From IMG/VR virus record IMGVR_UViG_3300045988_169069: DNA of 53,660 nucleotides; one strand, written 5' to 3'. The translations under genes were made by a program, and so were the position numbers. Under the pieces are notes generated by a model. That model made no database searches. It was given only the letters and a program-made list of their open reading frames with translations, and was not told the origin of the DNA. The DNA is from a virus. Shown here piece after piece: positions 1 through 9,194 of this stretch (positions within the stretch are counted from its first letter, which is position 1; every line of letters starts with the position of its first letter).

Positions 1-55
1 ATAGGCTAATAAGCATTAACATTAATAATATTTATGGCTTTTTGCTTTCGTATGT
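1..55. repeat. Junction repeat copy: nt 1-55 identical to 53546-53600; nt 1-27 identical to the last 27 nt of the window (53634-53660)
   Basis: Direct reading: ATAGGCTAATAAGCATTAACATTAATAATATTTATGGCTTTTTGCTTTCGTATGT occurs at both places. The 27-nt end/start identity implies a circular or terminally redundant molecule. Confidence 0.9.
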
Positions 56-64
56 AGAAAAATT

Positions 65-97
65 AGGCCCCTTGTCTGTGTGGCTGTGGGCCTTTAT
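65..97 (+). terminator. GC-rich hairpin (AGGCCC ... GGGCCT) followed by a T-rich run; terminator-like or structural element
   Basis: Perfect 6-bp stem at 65-70 / 88-93 in an otherwise AT-rich non-coding region, followed by TTATATT. Confidence 0.3.
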
Positions 98-435
98 ATT
101 ATAATATATCATACGCAGTTGCGTTCATAGGCATTGATTCTTAAAGTCTTTAAAAACAGGCCATATAGGCTAAATGGACAAACAGGCATTTTTCCTCCTA
201 GAAAATTTTAATATGATGTTAATTGAAAAATTTGGACATTTTGAGGCTATTCTGGGATGGCTTCATTCAAGCCAATATAAAATATCGTTTTAAGGCTAAA
301 AGCTTCTCTCGTTTAAAAGAAAGTATGTTCTGATTCGCTTTTAAATGCCTATTCAGACCAATATTTGACTTGGCAATAGCCTCGCGTGTTCTCAGCCTCA
401 CAATGACTTATTATTTCAGGCGAAAATAAATAATG

Positions 436-883
436 GGTAAACAACGATAAACAAAGTAAACAATCTCTTGTTTATCGATAAATCGTTGAAAATCAGTATC
501 TTAGAGAAGAATAAACAAAGTAAACAATAAAAATCTAATATAAAGGGCATAATATTAAAAAAAATAAATAGTTAATATCATTTTAAGCTATTTACTATAT
601 ACTATTTTGGTTATAGGGCCCCCTATATCCAAACCATTGTTCCAATTGTTTCTTTGTTTATTTTTTGCATACTATAATTACAAAATCTGTGTATACAGTT
701 GGCGCAAAGTGCTCAAAACCAACGGTTTGTAGTGTAAACAATAAATAAAATATTTTTACATCGTAGTAATTCATTGATTTTCAATCACTTATACATTGAT
801 TTACAGATTTTTTCTTGCTTTTCACAAAAATAAAAGATTTATTGTTTATTAACATTAAATAGTTATATATTTTATTATATTTG
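436..883 (+). promoter_or_regulatory. Control region R1: TAAACAA/TTGTTTA iteron array, paralogous to 30622-30926
   Basis: Exact 18-mer ATAAACAAAGTAAACAAT at 447-464 and 511-528, with an inverted variant TTGTTTCTTTGTTTAT at 646-661. TTGAAAATCA at 487-496 and its inverse at 776-785. Collinear similarity to the region upstream of the replication module. Confidence 0.55.
876..883 (+). promoter_or_regulatory. Bacteroidota-type -7 promoter box TAtaTTTG upstream of the first plus-strand gene
   Basis: TATATTTG read directly, about 27 nt upstream of the ATG at 910. The same box recurs upstream of other operon starts. Confidence 0.45.
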
Positions 884-909
884 CTAATCAATTAAAAATT
901 CATATAACT

Positions 910-1620
910 ATGCCGGATTATAAAAAAACAGAAAAAGACATTTTGGATTTGCTGCCAGACAGGGGTAACAGCATAAACCATGGTATGTCGCCTATGCGTG
1001 ATGAAAAGATAAAAGAAACTGTGCAAAAAGAGCAAGAGAAGTTAACTGCCAGAGAGCTAGCAAAAGCTAAATTTAAAGAAAAAAAGCAACTAGAAACACT
1101 CGAACGCAAGATAAAAGACCCGGAGTCATTTTTGCCTGAAGATAAAAGAGAAAAGCTGCAAGAGAAAAGAATGAATATAGAAGCCATTGAGGCAGTTGAA
1201 TCACAGCCAGTACCTGTTGTACCAGAAAATATCCTGCCATTAGTCGGAACAACGAAACCTCAGGTTGCCAAGCTTCTACAATCATTGAACATAAACACAA
1301 GCGTGTATCTCTCTAAGAGCGACACATATAATTTGCTATCGTGTTTATTGACTTGTAATGAGCAACAGCTTAATGCTGTATATAATAATAAAAAGGTACC
1401 AGTCGCTGTTAAAACAGTGATTAAACGCCTTCTTGAAGATGCAAAGCTTGGCAACATCGAAACAGTAGAGAAGTTATGGGACAGAATATTCGGTAAAGCA
1501 GGCCAAGTTACACTTGAATTGCCGCAAGCAAGCCAAACTGCAAATGGTATAATACCGAACACAGTAGTATCAAGAGAAGCATACATGATTATTAGGGATA
1601 CGATTATTGGTAAAGATTAA
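910..1620 (+). CDS. Hypothetical protein; positional candidate for small terminase / DNA-recognition packaging protein
   Basis: 236-aa ORF, first gene after the control region and upstream of the large terminase. Charged coiled N-terminal half and helical C-terminal half. No diagnostic motif recognised. Confidence 0.45.
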   Translation: MPDYKKTEKDILDLLPDRGNSINHGMSPMRDEKIKETVQKEQEKLTARELAKAKFKEKKQLETLERKIKDPESFLPEDKREKLQEKRMNIEAIEAVESQPVPVVPENILPLVGTTKPQVAKLLQSLNINTSVYLSKSDTYNLLSCLLTCNEQQLNAVYNNKKVPVAVKTVIKRLLEDAKLGNIETVEKLWDRIFGKAGQVTLELPQASQTANGIIPNTVVSREAYMIIRDTIIGKD

Positions 1621-1659
1621 CGTACGTGCACGTATACACGTATATAATAATGTATAGTC

Positions 1660-2298
1660 ATGAAACAAGAACAAGCTGAATTCAAAATATTCTACAGCGA
1701 TTGCACACCTGGTACTACTAGCTGTGTATTTTCTATAGAAACTGAGAGTGATATGAAACTGTATATAACTCATACAACAAGTAGCATAATACATGAGATT
1801 GGAAGATTAATGCAGCATGCATTTGATGAAAGTAGTATATTGTATAAGACTGAGATAAGCAAAAGTATACGAGACAGTAGCTATATATCTATTGGTTTGT
1901 TATATAGAAGTCGTAACTTGCTAGAACTCATAGAAAATAAATATAATTACATAAAAAAGTTAGATACTATATGCCCGAATGGCAATAATGCTATTTATAT
2001 ACGCGGCAGCAGATTTCATACAAAAACTGAATTGGCATACATAGACAAATATGTACGAGATGACAAATATTTCAGAGTTAATGAGATTCCAATCGAAGGT
2101 ATCAAAGGTATTAAAAGAAAACCTGTGTTACAGCTGGATTCAAATACAGGAAAAGTCATAAGAAGATGGGAATCAGCATCACAAGCTGCATTGGAAACTG
2201 GTATAAGTCAAGGTAATATATCAGCGTGCTGCAGAGGAATATTGCAACACGCATATGGTTTTAGTTGGAAATTTGAAGAAAATTATGGAATTGAATAA
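1660..2298 (+). CDS. Homing-endonuclease-like protein with C-terminal NUMOD1/IENR-type HTH
   Basis: C-terminus KPVLQLDSNTGKVIRRWESASQAALETGISQGNISACCRGILQHAYGFSWKF matches the DNA-binding module typical of free-standing phage homing endonucleases. The N-terminal catalytic domain is not confidently assignable. Confidence 0.45.
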   Translation: MKQEQAEFKIFYSDCTPGTTSCVFSIETESDMKLYITHTTSSIIHEIGRLMQHAFDESSILYKTEISKSIRDSSYISIGLLYRSRNLLELIENKYNYIKKLDTICPNGNNAIYIRGSRFHTKTELAYIDKYVRDDKYFRVNEIPIEGIKGIKRKPVLQLDSNTGKVIRRWESASQAALETGISQGNISACCRGILQHAYGFSWKFEENYGIE

Positions 2299-3805
2299 CA
2301 TGACAGACCCAAAAGAGCTATTGCGTCTTGAATTGCTATCTTCATTGGAGAAATATACGAAAGCTATGTTTAAGGCACAATACCAGCGCTCTTTTATTGT
2401 AAGCAGGCATCACAAGATGATATTTAATGCTTTACAAGATGTAGTTGATGGAAAGACAAAAAAACTTATAATAAACATGCCACCTCGTTATAGTAAAACT
2501 GAAGTGGCAGTTAAATCATTTATAAGCTGGTGCTTTGCACTCAATCCAAAATGTAAGTTCTTGCATCTATCATATTCTGATTTGCTTGTGAGTGATAATT
2601 CAAGCACTGTAAGAAGCATAATGATGGAGCCTTTGTTTAAAACGCTATTTCCTGATTCTGCTCTAGAGAAAGAAAAAGGCTCGTCAACTAGATGGAAAAC
2701 AATGAAAGGTGGTGAATTATATGCAGTATCTACACAAGGGCAGGTTACAGGATTCGGTGCTGGATTAGTAGACCAAGATACATCAGACGAATCATATGAT
2801 GACCTTACATTCGATAGTAATCTGAACAAAATGCTTGGCATGATTGGAGCAAAAGAGAATATATTCAATGGTGCTGTTATAATAGATGACCCTTTGAAAC
2901 CTGAAGATGCAGAATCTGATGTTGTTAGAGAACGTATTAATACACGGTTTGAGAGTACTATACGAAATCGTGTCAATTCTCGTAATACTCCTATTATAAT
3001 CATCATGCAGAGATTGCATGAACATGATTTATGCGGGTACCTTATGGAAACTGAACCAGAAAAATGGACTGTTTTATCTCTTCCAGCAATACAGATTGAT
3101 GAAGATATGAATGAAACGCCACTTTGGCCAATGAAGCATACACTAGAAGAGCTTCATGATATGAGGAGGGTAAACCCGCTTATTTTTGATACACAGTATA
3201 TGCAAGACCCAAAACCAAAGGAAGGCCTAATGTATTCTGAAGGCTTTAAAACGTATAAGCCAGAACAGCTTCCAGTTGGCAAAGAGGCGAAACGCAGATG
3301 GAACTATACAGACACGGCTGATACAGGTGCTGATAAGCTATGCTCTATATGCTTTATTGATACTCCTGAGTTCTGCTATGTAACAGATGTATTATTCACA
3401 GAAGCGCCCATGGAAGTAACTGAACCAAAAACAGCCGAACTATTTGCAAGGAATAATACAGTAAGAGCAAGAATAGAATCTAACAATGGTGGTAGAGGAT
3501 TTGCGCGTTCAGTAAAACGCATACTTAGAGTTGTAATGCGCAATTTCAGATGTGCAGTTGAAACATTCACACAAACCAACAACAAGTATGTACGTATTTA
3601 TACGCAGTCAGCCAATGTAATGAGCGATATATTGATGCCAGAAGGCTGGGAGAGAAAATGGCCTGCGTATTATAATGCTATGATGAGCTACAGGAAAGAT
3701 AACAAAAAGCGAAATCAACATGATGATGCTCCTGATGCAACGACTGGCGTGTATGAAATGCATGCAGCTAGAGATAATAGAAAAGGAATCAAACAGAGAA
3801 ATTAA
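2285..3805 (+). CDS. terL: Terminase large subunit
   Basis: Walker-A-like NMPPRYSKTE, Walker-B-like AVIIDDPLKPED, coupling motif MQRLHEHDL, and C-terminal nuclease-like acidic residues (YTDTADTGADK, ESNNGGRGF). Start ambiguous: ATGs at 2255, 2285 and 2300. Confidence 0.85.
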   Translation: MELNNMTDPKELLRLELLSSLEKYTKAMFKAQYQRSFIVSRHHKMIFNALQDVVDGKTKKLIINMPPRYSKTEVAVKSFISWCFALNPKCKFLHLSYSDLLVSDNSSTVRSIMMEPLFKTLFPDSALEKEKGSSTRWKTMKGGELYAVSTQGQVTGFGAGLVDQDTSDESYDDLTFDSNLNKMLGMIGAKENIFNGAVIIDDPLKPEDAESDVVRERINTRFESTIRNRVNSRNTPIIIIMQRLHEHDLCGYLMETEPEKWTVLSLPAIQIDEDMNETPLWPMKHTLEELHDMRRVNPLIFDTQYMQDPKPKEGLMYSEGFKTYKPEQLPVGKEAKRRWNYTDTADTGADKLCSICFIDTPEFCYVTDVLFTEAPMEVTEPKTAELFARNNTVRARIESNNGGRGFARSVKRILRVVMRNFRCAVETFTQTNNKYVRIYTQSANVMSDILMPEGWERKWPAYYNAMMSYRKDNKKRNQHDDAPDATTGVYEMHAARDNRKGIKQRN

Positions 3806-3862
3806 ATGTGCAAATAAAACATAATTTTTCAATATGTTTATACTAATTTGGATAATTATTAG

Positions 3863-3880
3863 TATATTTACAGTGTAGAA
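3863..3880 (+). promoter_or_regulatory. Promoter-like box TATATTTACAGTGTAGAA (near-identical to the 41222 promoter)
   Basis: 16 of 18 nt shared with TATATTTGCAGTGTAACA at 41222. Lies in the TerL-to-3963 gap. Confidence 0.35.
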
Positions 3881-3962
3881 GAATCGCAACATTATAGTAA
3901 AAGCATGAAGCAAGCTAAGGGAAGCTGCTCAGTTAATTATTAACATTAAAAACATAAAGACT

Positions 3963-4625
3963 ATGGGTTTAAATTGTGGATGTCCTGCTGGCGCTCATTT
4001 AGCCGACCTCGAAATTGCTGAATGCAAAGAGAGTATGGGACAAGTACAAAAAGTTGCTTTTCAGCGTGTTTATAAAACTCCTGTAGAGCTGAATGCTGTC
4101 ACAGACCCTACGAAGAAAGCATCATTCGCTACTTTGTTCTCAGCTGCTGATGGCACTAAAATGATTGTTACTCCATATATCCAAGGGCCTACTTCTGAAC
4201 CAGGTGCAGCACGCACATTCGGTGGTGGTAACCAAACACTTGGCGGTATTGAGATTACAATTGGTCGTGAACCTACTACGTTCTCTGCGACTATTTATCA
4301 GGAAAACCAGAAAACGATTGCTACCATGAAGCAATACATGTGTGAAAACGTTGGTGTTTGGCTGATTGATGAAAATGGTAACATTGGCTGTTTGGTTGAT
4401 AACCCTAACAAGCCTACTAAGTATATGCCAATTCCTGTAGGCAGATTGTTTATTGGTGATAAGAAATTAGGCGGTTTTGAAGAACCTGACAGCAACTCTA
4501 TTGAGTGGTCATTCTTCCCTAACTGGAGTGATAATTTCTATATCATTAAGCGTGAAACACTTGACTTCAATCCATTAACTGACTGGGTTAATGCCAAATC
4601 TAACACTGAGGGTATAGGAGGTTAA
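3963..4625 (+). CDS. Hypothetical virion-module protein (possibly abundant structural protein; function unassigned)
   Basis: 220-aa ORF with its own upstream promoter-like box. Gly-rich beta-type sequence and visibly GC-richer codon choice, similar to the capsid gene. Confidence 0.55.
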   Translation: MGLNCGCPAGAHLADLEIAECKESMGQVQKVAFQRVYKTPVELNAVTDPTKKASFATLFSAADGTKMIVTPYIQGPTSEPGAARTFGGGNQTLGGIEITIGREPTTFSATIYQENQKTIATMKQYMCENVGVWLIDENGNIGCLVDNPNKPTKYMPIPVGRLFIGDKKLGGFEEPDSNSIEWSFFPNWSDNFYIIKRETLDFNPLTDWVNAKSNTEGIGG

Positions 4626-4635
4626 TAAAAGCAGT

Positions 4636-4845
4636 ATGAAAAAGAAATTTACATACGTAAAGTTAGTTGTTCCTAAATATAATATGGAACAAGACTTTGA
4701 ATTAACTCATGCTGAGAGAATACTCGGCATGGGTACTCATCTTAATGGTGGGTGGGAATTGCCAAAAGATAGTAAATATACTTACGACGAAGAAGATGGC
4801 CTTAGACTTAAATCAGATAAAGCAAATTCTGCAAAAGCCGACTAA
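4636..4845 (+). CDS. Small hypothetical protein
   Basis: 69-aa ORF directly after 3963-4625. Overlaps the 5' extension of the portal ORF in another frame. Confidence 0.4.
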   Translation: MKKKFTYVKLVVPKYNMEQDFELTHAERILGMGTHLNGGWELPKDSKYTYDEEDGLRLKSDKANSAKAD

Positions 4846-6535
4846 ACGTCAGGTTATACAGAAAGCTGCCAACATGCAAAAGAGGCTCAGATTTCATACT
4901 GAGACTAATATCGCTGTGTCTGATATAAATCAACCAACTGCACTATTTCTTGATTGGGTTAGAAATTTGTTGCCAAAAGACAAATATAATATTTTCCTGC
5001 AACTGTTTAAGTTTCCATTGTCGACTCCTGCCGTAGTTGAAGACGTCTATAGAGAACTCGAGAGAGTTTTCTATAGCCGTAATTCATCATCATCTTATCA
5101 GTTTACAGATTCTGAATTGGCTGAAGATTGGGCAGATTACAGAAAAAATAAGCTCAATGAGCCAGATATATGGAAAACGGTAGGTTGGAAGAAAATGCAA
5201 GTTTCTATAAACAGTATATTAATAGTTGATTTACCGCAAGTTCAAATGTCCGCACGCCCAGAGCCATATTTCTATTGGCTTGAAATAGAAGACGTAGTAG
5301 ACTATGAAATGGTAAATGATACTGAGTTTAAATGGATAGTATTTAGACAGCCTAATAGAAGGATAGCTGCATTTGATGATACATATATACGAGTTTATCA
5401 ATTAAATGAAAAAAATGAGATTGCATCTCTTGTATCTGAAGCAACTCATAATTTAGGGTACTGTCCTGCTAGATTTTTCTGGTCTACTCAGCTTAATGAG
5501 AAAAACAAGGATTTAAAGAAGAACCCCATTTCAAAAGAACTATCAAATCTCGATTGGTATTTATTCTTTTCAATATCGAAACAGCATCTTGATTTGTATG
5601 CGCCATATCCTATTTATAGTGCGTACGCAGCTGATTGTAATTTTGAAAATAATGAAACAGGAGACTACTGCGATGGTGGTTTTCTTAGAAACTCTAGCGG
5701 AGAGTATAAGATACTCAATGATGGAACAGTTGAAAAATGTCCATGCTGTAGCGAAAAACGTATAGCTGGGCCTGGCTCATTCCTAGAGGTACCAATACCA
5801 AATCAAGCTGAAGGTATAGTCGATATGCGTAATCCAGTTCAGATTACAACTATCGATAAAGATTCACTGACTTACAACGTAGAAGAATGTGTACGGCTTA
5901 GAAATGATATTATTGTATCTATCGCTGGTTCTGGTGGTACTGTGAGTGAAAAGGAAGCTATCAATGAAACACAGGTAGCAGCTAACTTTGAGAGCAAGAC
6001 AAGTGTTCTCAATGCGCTCAAGACAAACTTCGAATTAGCACAGAAGTTTGTAGAAGATACAATATGCAGATTCAGATATGGAAGCGATTTCATATCATCT
6101 TCTATTAGCTGGGGTACTGAGTTTTATGTATTTACTGTAAAAGAGTTGTATAACAAGTATGAGCAGGCAAAAACAAATGGAGCTTCAGAATCTGAACTTG
6201 ATGCTATTACTCAACAGATACTCGAAGTGGAATATAGAAACAATCCACTCGTATTGCAGAGAATGCTCATATTAAAGCAATTGGAGCCATATCCGCATAA
6301 AACACTTGATGAAGTGTTAAAATTGCATGAAAAAAAGTTATTAAATGAAAATTACGTAAAACTTAAAATAAATTTCAGTACTTTAGTAGAAAGATTCGAG
6401 AGAGAGAACATTAATATAATTGAGTTCGCATCTGCTAGAACATTCAGTGAAAAGATTAAGTTAATAACAGATAAACTATTAGATTATGTCAGAGAAGAAA
6501 ATGACCAAGCAGGAGTATCTGCAAATCAAATCTAA
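4796..6535 (+). CDS. Putative portal protein
   Basis: ORF of about 580-608 aa between the terminase and scaffold/capsid genes, with size and position typical of portals. Start uncertain (4709, 4796 or 4874). No motif-level confirmation possible by eye. Confidence 0.6.
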   Translation: MALDLNQIKQILQKPTKRQVIQKAANMQKRLRFHTETNIAVSDINQPTALFLDWVRNLLPKDKYNIFLQLFKFPLSTPAVVEDVYRELERVFYSRNSSSSYQFTDSELAEDWADYRKNKLNEPDIWKTVGWKKMQVSINSILIVDLPQVQMSARPEPYFYWLEIEDVVDYEMVNDTEFKWIVFRQPNRRIAAFDDTYIRVYQLNEKNEIASLVSEATHNLGYCPARFFWSTQLNEKNKDLKKNPISKELSNLDWYLFFSISKQHLDLYAPYPIYSAYAADCNFENNETGDYCDGGFLRNSSGEYKILNDGTVEKCPCCSEKRIAGPGSFLEVPIPNQAEGIVDMRNPVQITTIDKDSLTYNVEECVRLRNDIIVSIAGSGGTVSEKEAINETQVAANFESKTSVLNALKTNFELAQKFVEDTICRFRYGSDFISSSISWGTEFYVFTVKELYNKYEQAKTNGASESELDAITQQILEVEYRNNPLVLQRMLILKQLEPYPHKTLDEVLKLHEKKLLNENYVKLKINFSTLVERFERENINIIEFASARTFSEKIKLITDKLLDYVREENDQAGVSANQI

Positions 6536-6920
6536 GCTAGAAGCTAGAAAAGCAGAACTCTTGGAGATTAAAAAAGCTGGAGGCAAGTCATGGACTGAAT
6601 CATTGCAAGAAGAGCTTGATAATATTGCAATGTCGATTGCAGATGTAGAAGATAAAATCGATGCAATTCCAGCAACTGCGAAAGATGAATTATCTGCGTA
6701 TAAACCCGCTGAAGGCACAGAGAAAATGGTGCACTTGTCAATTGTGCATGGCAGACGTTTCAATTCAATGACTGGAAAAGAAATCTCAAAGCCTTACACA
6801 CAGCTGTTTACTTATAGTGAATGGCAGTTGTTCAAGAATAACTTCGCATCATTGGGCTATACAATCATGAAGGTTTTGCATGACCCATATGGAGAAGCAG
6901 CAAAATTTGTAACAAAATAA
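6486..6920 (+). CDS. Hypothetical head-module protein
   Basis: 144-aa ORF with a coiled N-terminus, overlapping the portal 3' end by about 50 nt. Confidence 0.55.
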   Translation: MSEKKMTKQEYLQIKSKLEARKAELLEIKKAGGKSWTESLQEELDNIAMSIADVEDKIDAIPATAKDELSAYKPAEGTEKMVHLSIVHGRRFNSMTGKEISKPYTQLFTYSEWQLFKNNFASLGYTIMKVLHDPYGEAAKFVTK

Positions 6921-6935
6921 AAAAACCTCAAAGCT

Positions 6936-7889
6936 ATGTTAACAATTGATATGTTAAGACAAAATTCAGCGTTAGCTGGCCTTACTGATGTACAGGTCAA
7001 TGCTATCGCTGAAATGTCCAGAAACGATGAAAATACTGTTATTGGCACAAAGATTGGAGCTTTGCATGGCCAATATGATACTGATATTTTCAGTATAACT
7101 GGCATTAAAAAGAATGATGGCGAAAAAAGTTATGACTACGCTAAACGTGTTCTTAATGAATACAAGACAAAAGCCGGTTCAACTCAAGATTTGCAACAGA
7201 AGTTGGATGCAGCAAACAAAAAAGTAACTGACCTTGAAAAGAAGATTGAAAGTGGTGAAGGAGATGCTGCATTACGTCAACAACTGAAAGACACAAAAGC
7301 GCAAGTTAGTCAATTGCAATCTCAGTTGCAGACAAAAGAAACTGAGTTCAATACTAAGAAAAAGGAACTCGAAGATAATATTAAAAATGTGCATATTGAT
7401 TATGCATTCCAAGCAGCCGTTTCAGGTTTAAAATTTAAATCTGGTATTACAGACAATGTGCAGAATGTATTATTGAAGTCTGCTAAAGCTGAAGTACTTA
7501 CAAAAGGTACTCCTGATTTTATCGATGACGGTCAAGGCGGTAAAAAATTGGTTTTAAGAGGCCAAGATGGTAATATTCTCAACAACCCGAAAAATAACCT
7601 CAATCCATACACGCTACAGGAGCTTATTCTTGAAACGTCTTTGAAAGATGTCATCGATACAGGCAGACAACAAATAGGTGGTGGTACTGGTGGTCAAGGA
7701 GGTCAAGGTGGCCAAGGAGGTAGTGGAGTAACACTCGATTTATCATCAGTCAAAAGCCAAGTTGAAGCTGACAAAGCTATTGAGACTTACTTGTTACATA
7801 CTGGATTGACACGTGATTCGCAAGAATTTGCTGATAAATCATTGGAAATAAGAAATGATAACAACATTTCTCAGTTGCCGATTAAATAA
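6936..7889 (+). CDS. Putative scaffolding protein
   Basis: 317 aa with a long coiled-coil region (QQKLDAANKKVTDLEKKIE...QLQSQLQTKETEF) and a GGGTGGQGGQGGQGGSG linker. Lies immediately upstream of the capsid gene. Confidence 0.55.
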   Translation: MLTIDMLRQNSALAGLTDVQVNAIAEMSRNDENTVIGTKIGALHGQYDTDIFSITGIKKNDGEKSYDYAKRVLNEYKTKAGSTQDLQQKLDAANKKVTDLEKKIESGEGDAALRQQLKDTKAQVSQLQSQLQTKETEFNTKKKELEDNIKNVHIDYAFQAAVSGLKFKSGITDNVQNVLLKSAKAEVLTKGTPDFIDDGQGGKKLVLRGQDGNILNNPKNNLNPYTLQELILETSLKDVIDTGRQQIGGGTGGQGGQGGQGGSGVTLDLSSVKSQVEADKAIETYLLHTGLTRDSQEFADKSLEIRNDNNISQLPIK

Positions 7890-7967
7890 GAATAACTTTA
7901 GCTATATGTTGTAAAAGGGTAATGCATCATAATAGCACATATTTATAAATTTAAAAAACTAATAATT

Positions 7968-9083
7968 ATGAGCTTAGTATTAACTCGTATCCAAAACATT
8001 AGAGCGAACTCTAACTTAGATAAGTTTGAGTATCGTCCCAGTCGGTACGGTGCTTTGAATGCTTTTATGGTGCAATCAGAAGACCCTACCGGAATCTTGA
8101 CAGACGAACTTAAAGAAAAAGCGCGTATGTCAATTGGTAATACACTGGAAACACCAGTTATTGATTATGATGCTGACATCACGATTGGTAATGAGCGTAC
8201 TTTAACAATTGCTGATAGTGAAAACACATCAAAAATGGTTGAAATCACATTTGCAACTTATTCATGGGGATTCACTATAGCTCCTGCTATGTATATGAAC
8301 AACGAAATCAAGATTCAAAAAGACTTTGAAACCAAGATGATGAAATACATCTACAAGTTGGCTCAGAAACTTGATGAAGCTGCTTTAACAAAGCTTGGAG
8401 CAAGCAAAACTAAAGTTATCAAGAATCCGCTGCTGTATGATAAAACCGGTAATACAATCAATGCAAAATGGGCTGAACGTGAAAACGTATTTGGCGACCT
8501 TGAAGTAATCATGGCAGCTAATGATTTCTACGGTCAATTGCATATTGTAGGAGATGCCGGTGTTGAAAGTATCATGCGTAAGTTGCAGCAGCATGGACTT
8601 TACAATGATGTCAACAAACAGAATGAATTCAGTGGTAAAATTGTACACTTGACAAATAACTTGGCAGCTGTTGAAAACAAGTATGCACAAGGATATGCAA
8701 TCAATGCTGGCGCATTAGGCATGTTAACTCGATTTGAACGTGACTGTTTGCTTGGCACAGTATCTGGTGATGGTCACGAATGGGGAATTGCTACTCTTCC
8801 GTTGCTCAATATGCCTGTTGGTACTTACTACTATGATTCTGTTGGAGACTTCTCTGCTATTGGCGGAGCAGCAACTACAGATATGACGCGTACTCGTAAA
8901 GAGCACTACGGATTTGCTGTAGACGTTGCATTCTTGACAGCATACAACAGTAATGCTGACACACTTGCAAGTCCTATTCTCGGCTTTAATATTTCTAGCG
9001 AAGACGCAGCTTACGGTAAGACTATCGTTGTAGCTAACTCAGAAAAATCACCCATCTTTATTAAAGATGTAGCTGGAGCATAA
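7968..9083 (+). CDS. Putative major capsid protein
   Basis: 371 aa, follows the scaffold-like gene, has GC-richer codon usage and is followed by a strong terminator hairpin. Confidence 0.7.
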   Translation: MSLVLTRIQNIRANSNLDKFEYRPSRYGALNAFMVQSEDPTGILTDELKEKARMSIGNTLETPVIDYDADITIGNERTLTIADSENTSKMVEITFATYSWGFTIAPAMYMNNEIKIQKDFETKMMKYIYKLAQKLDEAALTKLGASKTKVIKNPLLYDKTGNTINAKWAERENVFGDLEVIMAANDFYGQLHIVGDAGVESIMRKLQQHGLYNDVNKQNEFSGKIVHLTNNLAAVENKYAQGYAINAGALGMLTRFERDCLLGTVSGDGHEWGIATLPLLNMPVGTYYYDSVGDFSAIGGAATTDMTRTRKEHYGFAVDVAFLTAYNSNADTLASPILGFNISSEDAAYGKTIVVANSEKSPIFIKDVAGA

Positions 9084-9123
9084 AAAATAATAGCAGTCTT
9101 TTCTTAGTTGTTATTAGCTTTGG

Positions 9124-9166
9124 ACAGAGGTCACTAAGTTTTATAATTTAGTTGGCCTCTGTTTTA
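9124..9166 (+). terminator. Rho-independent terminator after the capsid gene
   Basis: ACAGAGGTCACTAA ... TTAGTTGGCCTCTGT long stem with one bulge, followed by TTTT. Confidence 0.6.
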
Positions 9167-9194
9167 GTTATAAACTGTATAAAGCAGGAAAAAA

